26,969 nt of DNA. It comes from Candidatus Roizmanbacteria bacterium (GTDB lineage Bacteria; Patescibacteriota; Microgenomatia; UBA1406; GWC2-37-13). The notes below the pieces were generated by a model. It did no database searches. It saw only the letters and a list, made by a program, of their open reading frames with translations, and had not been told where the DNA came from. The position numbers were made by a program, and so were the translations under genes. The DNA is taken from the NCBI GenBank assembly GCA_013334845.1, contig JAAXWV010000001.1, forward strand, positions 1 to 26,969, given 5' to 3'. Shown one piece after another: positions 25,998 to 26,969 of this stretch (the first letter of the stretch is position 1; the number at the start of each line of letters is the position of its first letter).

Positions 25998-26222
25998 CTA
26001 ATCGTTCGATTCATTTTTGTTGAATTTATTATACAGATCCTTTAGTTCTCCGTCACTCGATACATGCCCCATTTCATGAAAACGTTTCGAGTAGTGCTCC
26101 AAAAATGCGATTGCATTTTCTGGCGTGGCGTTCTCTGGATCAATAGTTTTTATGTATGCGATAACCTTATCGATATCAGCTTCGCTAATCTGGTATTCTT
26201 CAAAATTATTTGTATCCGTCAT
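25998..26222 (-). CDS. 74-aa acidic hypothetical protein
   Basis: AAGGAG SD; starts 9 nt after the PLD stop. Confidence 0.7.
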   Translation of the reverse strand: MTDTNNFEEYQISEADIDKVIAYIKTIDPENATPENAIAFLEHYSKRFHEMGHVSSDGELKDLYNKFNKNESND

Positions 26223-26231
26223 ACAGACTCC

Positions 26232-26756
26232 TTATCTTAAATATCTTTTTAAGCCAATAAATGTTAGTAGTTCTTCGGCAAGTAATACTGACGTAATCCT
26301 TCTCATTATCTCACAACTATCATTAAACGATAGGATATTCAGACTACCTTCCCAAGTTATGCCTCTATCAATGATAGCTAGTTTGCGATGGTGCCCTACA
26401 GTGTACAGCACCTCTATGCCCAACTCATGCATATCATAGATAGCATTCAATGCCTGTTCTCGGTATATGTCTTCGTGATCGTCTGGATTACGAGTGTTAA
26501 TGATAATGTGGACATTACGCCGTCTGAGCTTTTTGAATACAGGCAGCAAAGTTTCCATACGTCTTGTCGTGATAAACGGGCTTTCTACTATCAACTCATC
26601 ATGACACGCACGCAAATCTCGCACAAATGCCTTATAAAATGTATTCTGGTCATAGAGCGACGAGCCTAATAGGTTTTCAGCCTTCTGTCTATGTAGCAGC
26701 TTAAACATGGCGCATACTCTTTTCTGTTTCCGGTTCAATGACTTCAATTTGACCAT
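26232..26756 (-). CDS. Single-domain phospholipase D-family (HKD) nuclease-like protein
   Basis: HRKLAIID (HxKxxxxD) followed by GSLN; ESPFIT; alternative ATG at 26708. Confidence 0.82.
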   Translation of the reverse strand: MVKLKSLNRKQKRVCAMFKLLHRQKAENLLGSSLYDQNTFYKAFVRDLRACHDELIVESPFITTRRMETLLPVFKKLRRRNVHIIINTRNPDDHEDIYREQALNAIYDMHELGIEVLYTVGHHRKLAIIDRGITWEGSLNILSFNDSCEIMRRITSVLLAEELLTFIGLKRYLR

Positions 26757-26858
26757 TAATACTTACAAAGCCCAGTTGGACTAGCTTATCGTACACAAGG
26801 TATAAACTGCCCTCAATCTGATTCCACGACAGGTCGATGTGGTGTACCAACTAAAGAC

Positions 26859-26881
26859 GAGACCATCAGTGGTCTCTTTTT
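26859..26881 (+). terminator. Intrinsic terminator-like hairpin near the right end
   Basis: GAGACC-atcagt-GGTCTC followed by TTTTT; A-rich 5' side, so possibly bidirectional. Confidence 0.6.
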
Positions 26882-26913
26882 AGTATATTTGACTATATAA
26901 TTATATTAGTTTA

Positions 26914-26969
26914 TTATATGCATAGTAGCCTGTTGTAGGCTAGAATTTTTATAATTTGGTTCGTTAATC
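26914..26969 (-). other. Probable attR arm encoding an alternative integrase C-terminal tail (LTNQIIKILAYNRLLCI*)
   Basis: Window ends TTTGGTTCGTTAATC, resembling the tRNA T-arm GGTTCAAGTC; the frame is open for 17 codons in the integrase register. Confidence 0.6.

Larger units (their letters stand above)
110..26969. mobile_element. tRNA-Leu-integrated ICE-like element; right boundary at or just beyond the window end
   Basis: Integrase at the tRNA 3' end, relaxase, VirB4/VirD4/VirB6/pilin operon, defence cargo, and an att-like sequence at the right end. Confidence 0.82.

Noticed and set aside
57-26669. Short opposite-strand or overlapping ORFs in the track (e.g. 57-251, 485-739, 888-1139, 2065-2286, 3449-3652, 13013-13363, 17645-17917, 24361-25466, 26125-26669)
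   Set aside because: They are shadows of well-supported genes, with no motifs or initiation signals.
1-26969. Inferring the R-M target from site avoidance (GGATC)
   Set aside because: GGATC/GATCC occurs many times by eye, and cognate methylation removes the need for avoidance; a methylome is required.
1-26969. Alternative genetic code (TGA=Gly, as in Gracilibacteria/Absconditabacteria)
   Set aside because: TGA cleanly ends genes at ATGA overlaps (17676, 18795, 20513, 21061), and long ORFs have no internal TGA.

Overview
The window looks like an almost complete ~26.9-kb integrative, probably conjugative element (ICE-like) inserted at the 3' end of a tRNA-Leu(TAG) gene at 43-126. TGA is used as a stop, so the code is standard 11. 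The protein families suggest a Patescibacteria/Saccharibacteria-type host, but this is inference only. Layout: large serine recombinase with three small co-oriented ORFs (14-2409); Replic_Relax-type relaxase and small leading-region-like genes (2616-4032); an ~11-kb nuclease/defence cargo (SEC-C nuclease-like, ApeA-like HEPN, PIN, membrane proteins, AlwI-family type IIS R-M; 4290-15582); a compact monoderm-type conjugation operon (pilin, VirB6-like, PrgI, VirB4, CHAP, VirD4; 15784-23553); a PHP-ABC-ATPase with a partner ORF; a PLD nuclease; and the probable right end. Strongest unexplained signals: (1) the integrase has no stop codon of its own, reads antisense through the whole tRNA, and would gain a different in-frame C-terminal tail from the window's last bases on excision; (2) a 29-bp inverted repeat lets the predicted 5' end of the integrase-operon mRNA pair 413 nt downstream with the anti-SD that occludes the ribosome-binding site of the integrase-coupled ORF; (3) a 27-nt pseudoknot-like repeat sits exactly 8 nt after two consecutive stop codons; (4) cargo genes appear leaderless while backbone genes have SD sequences. 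All family calls come from motif recognition by eye; no database searches were run.
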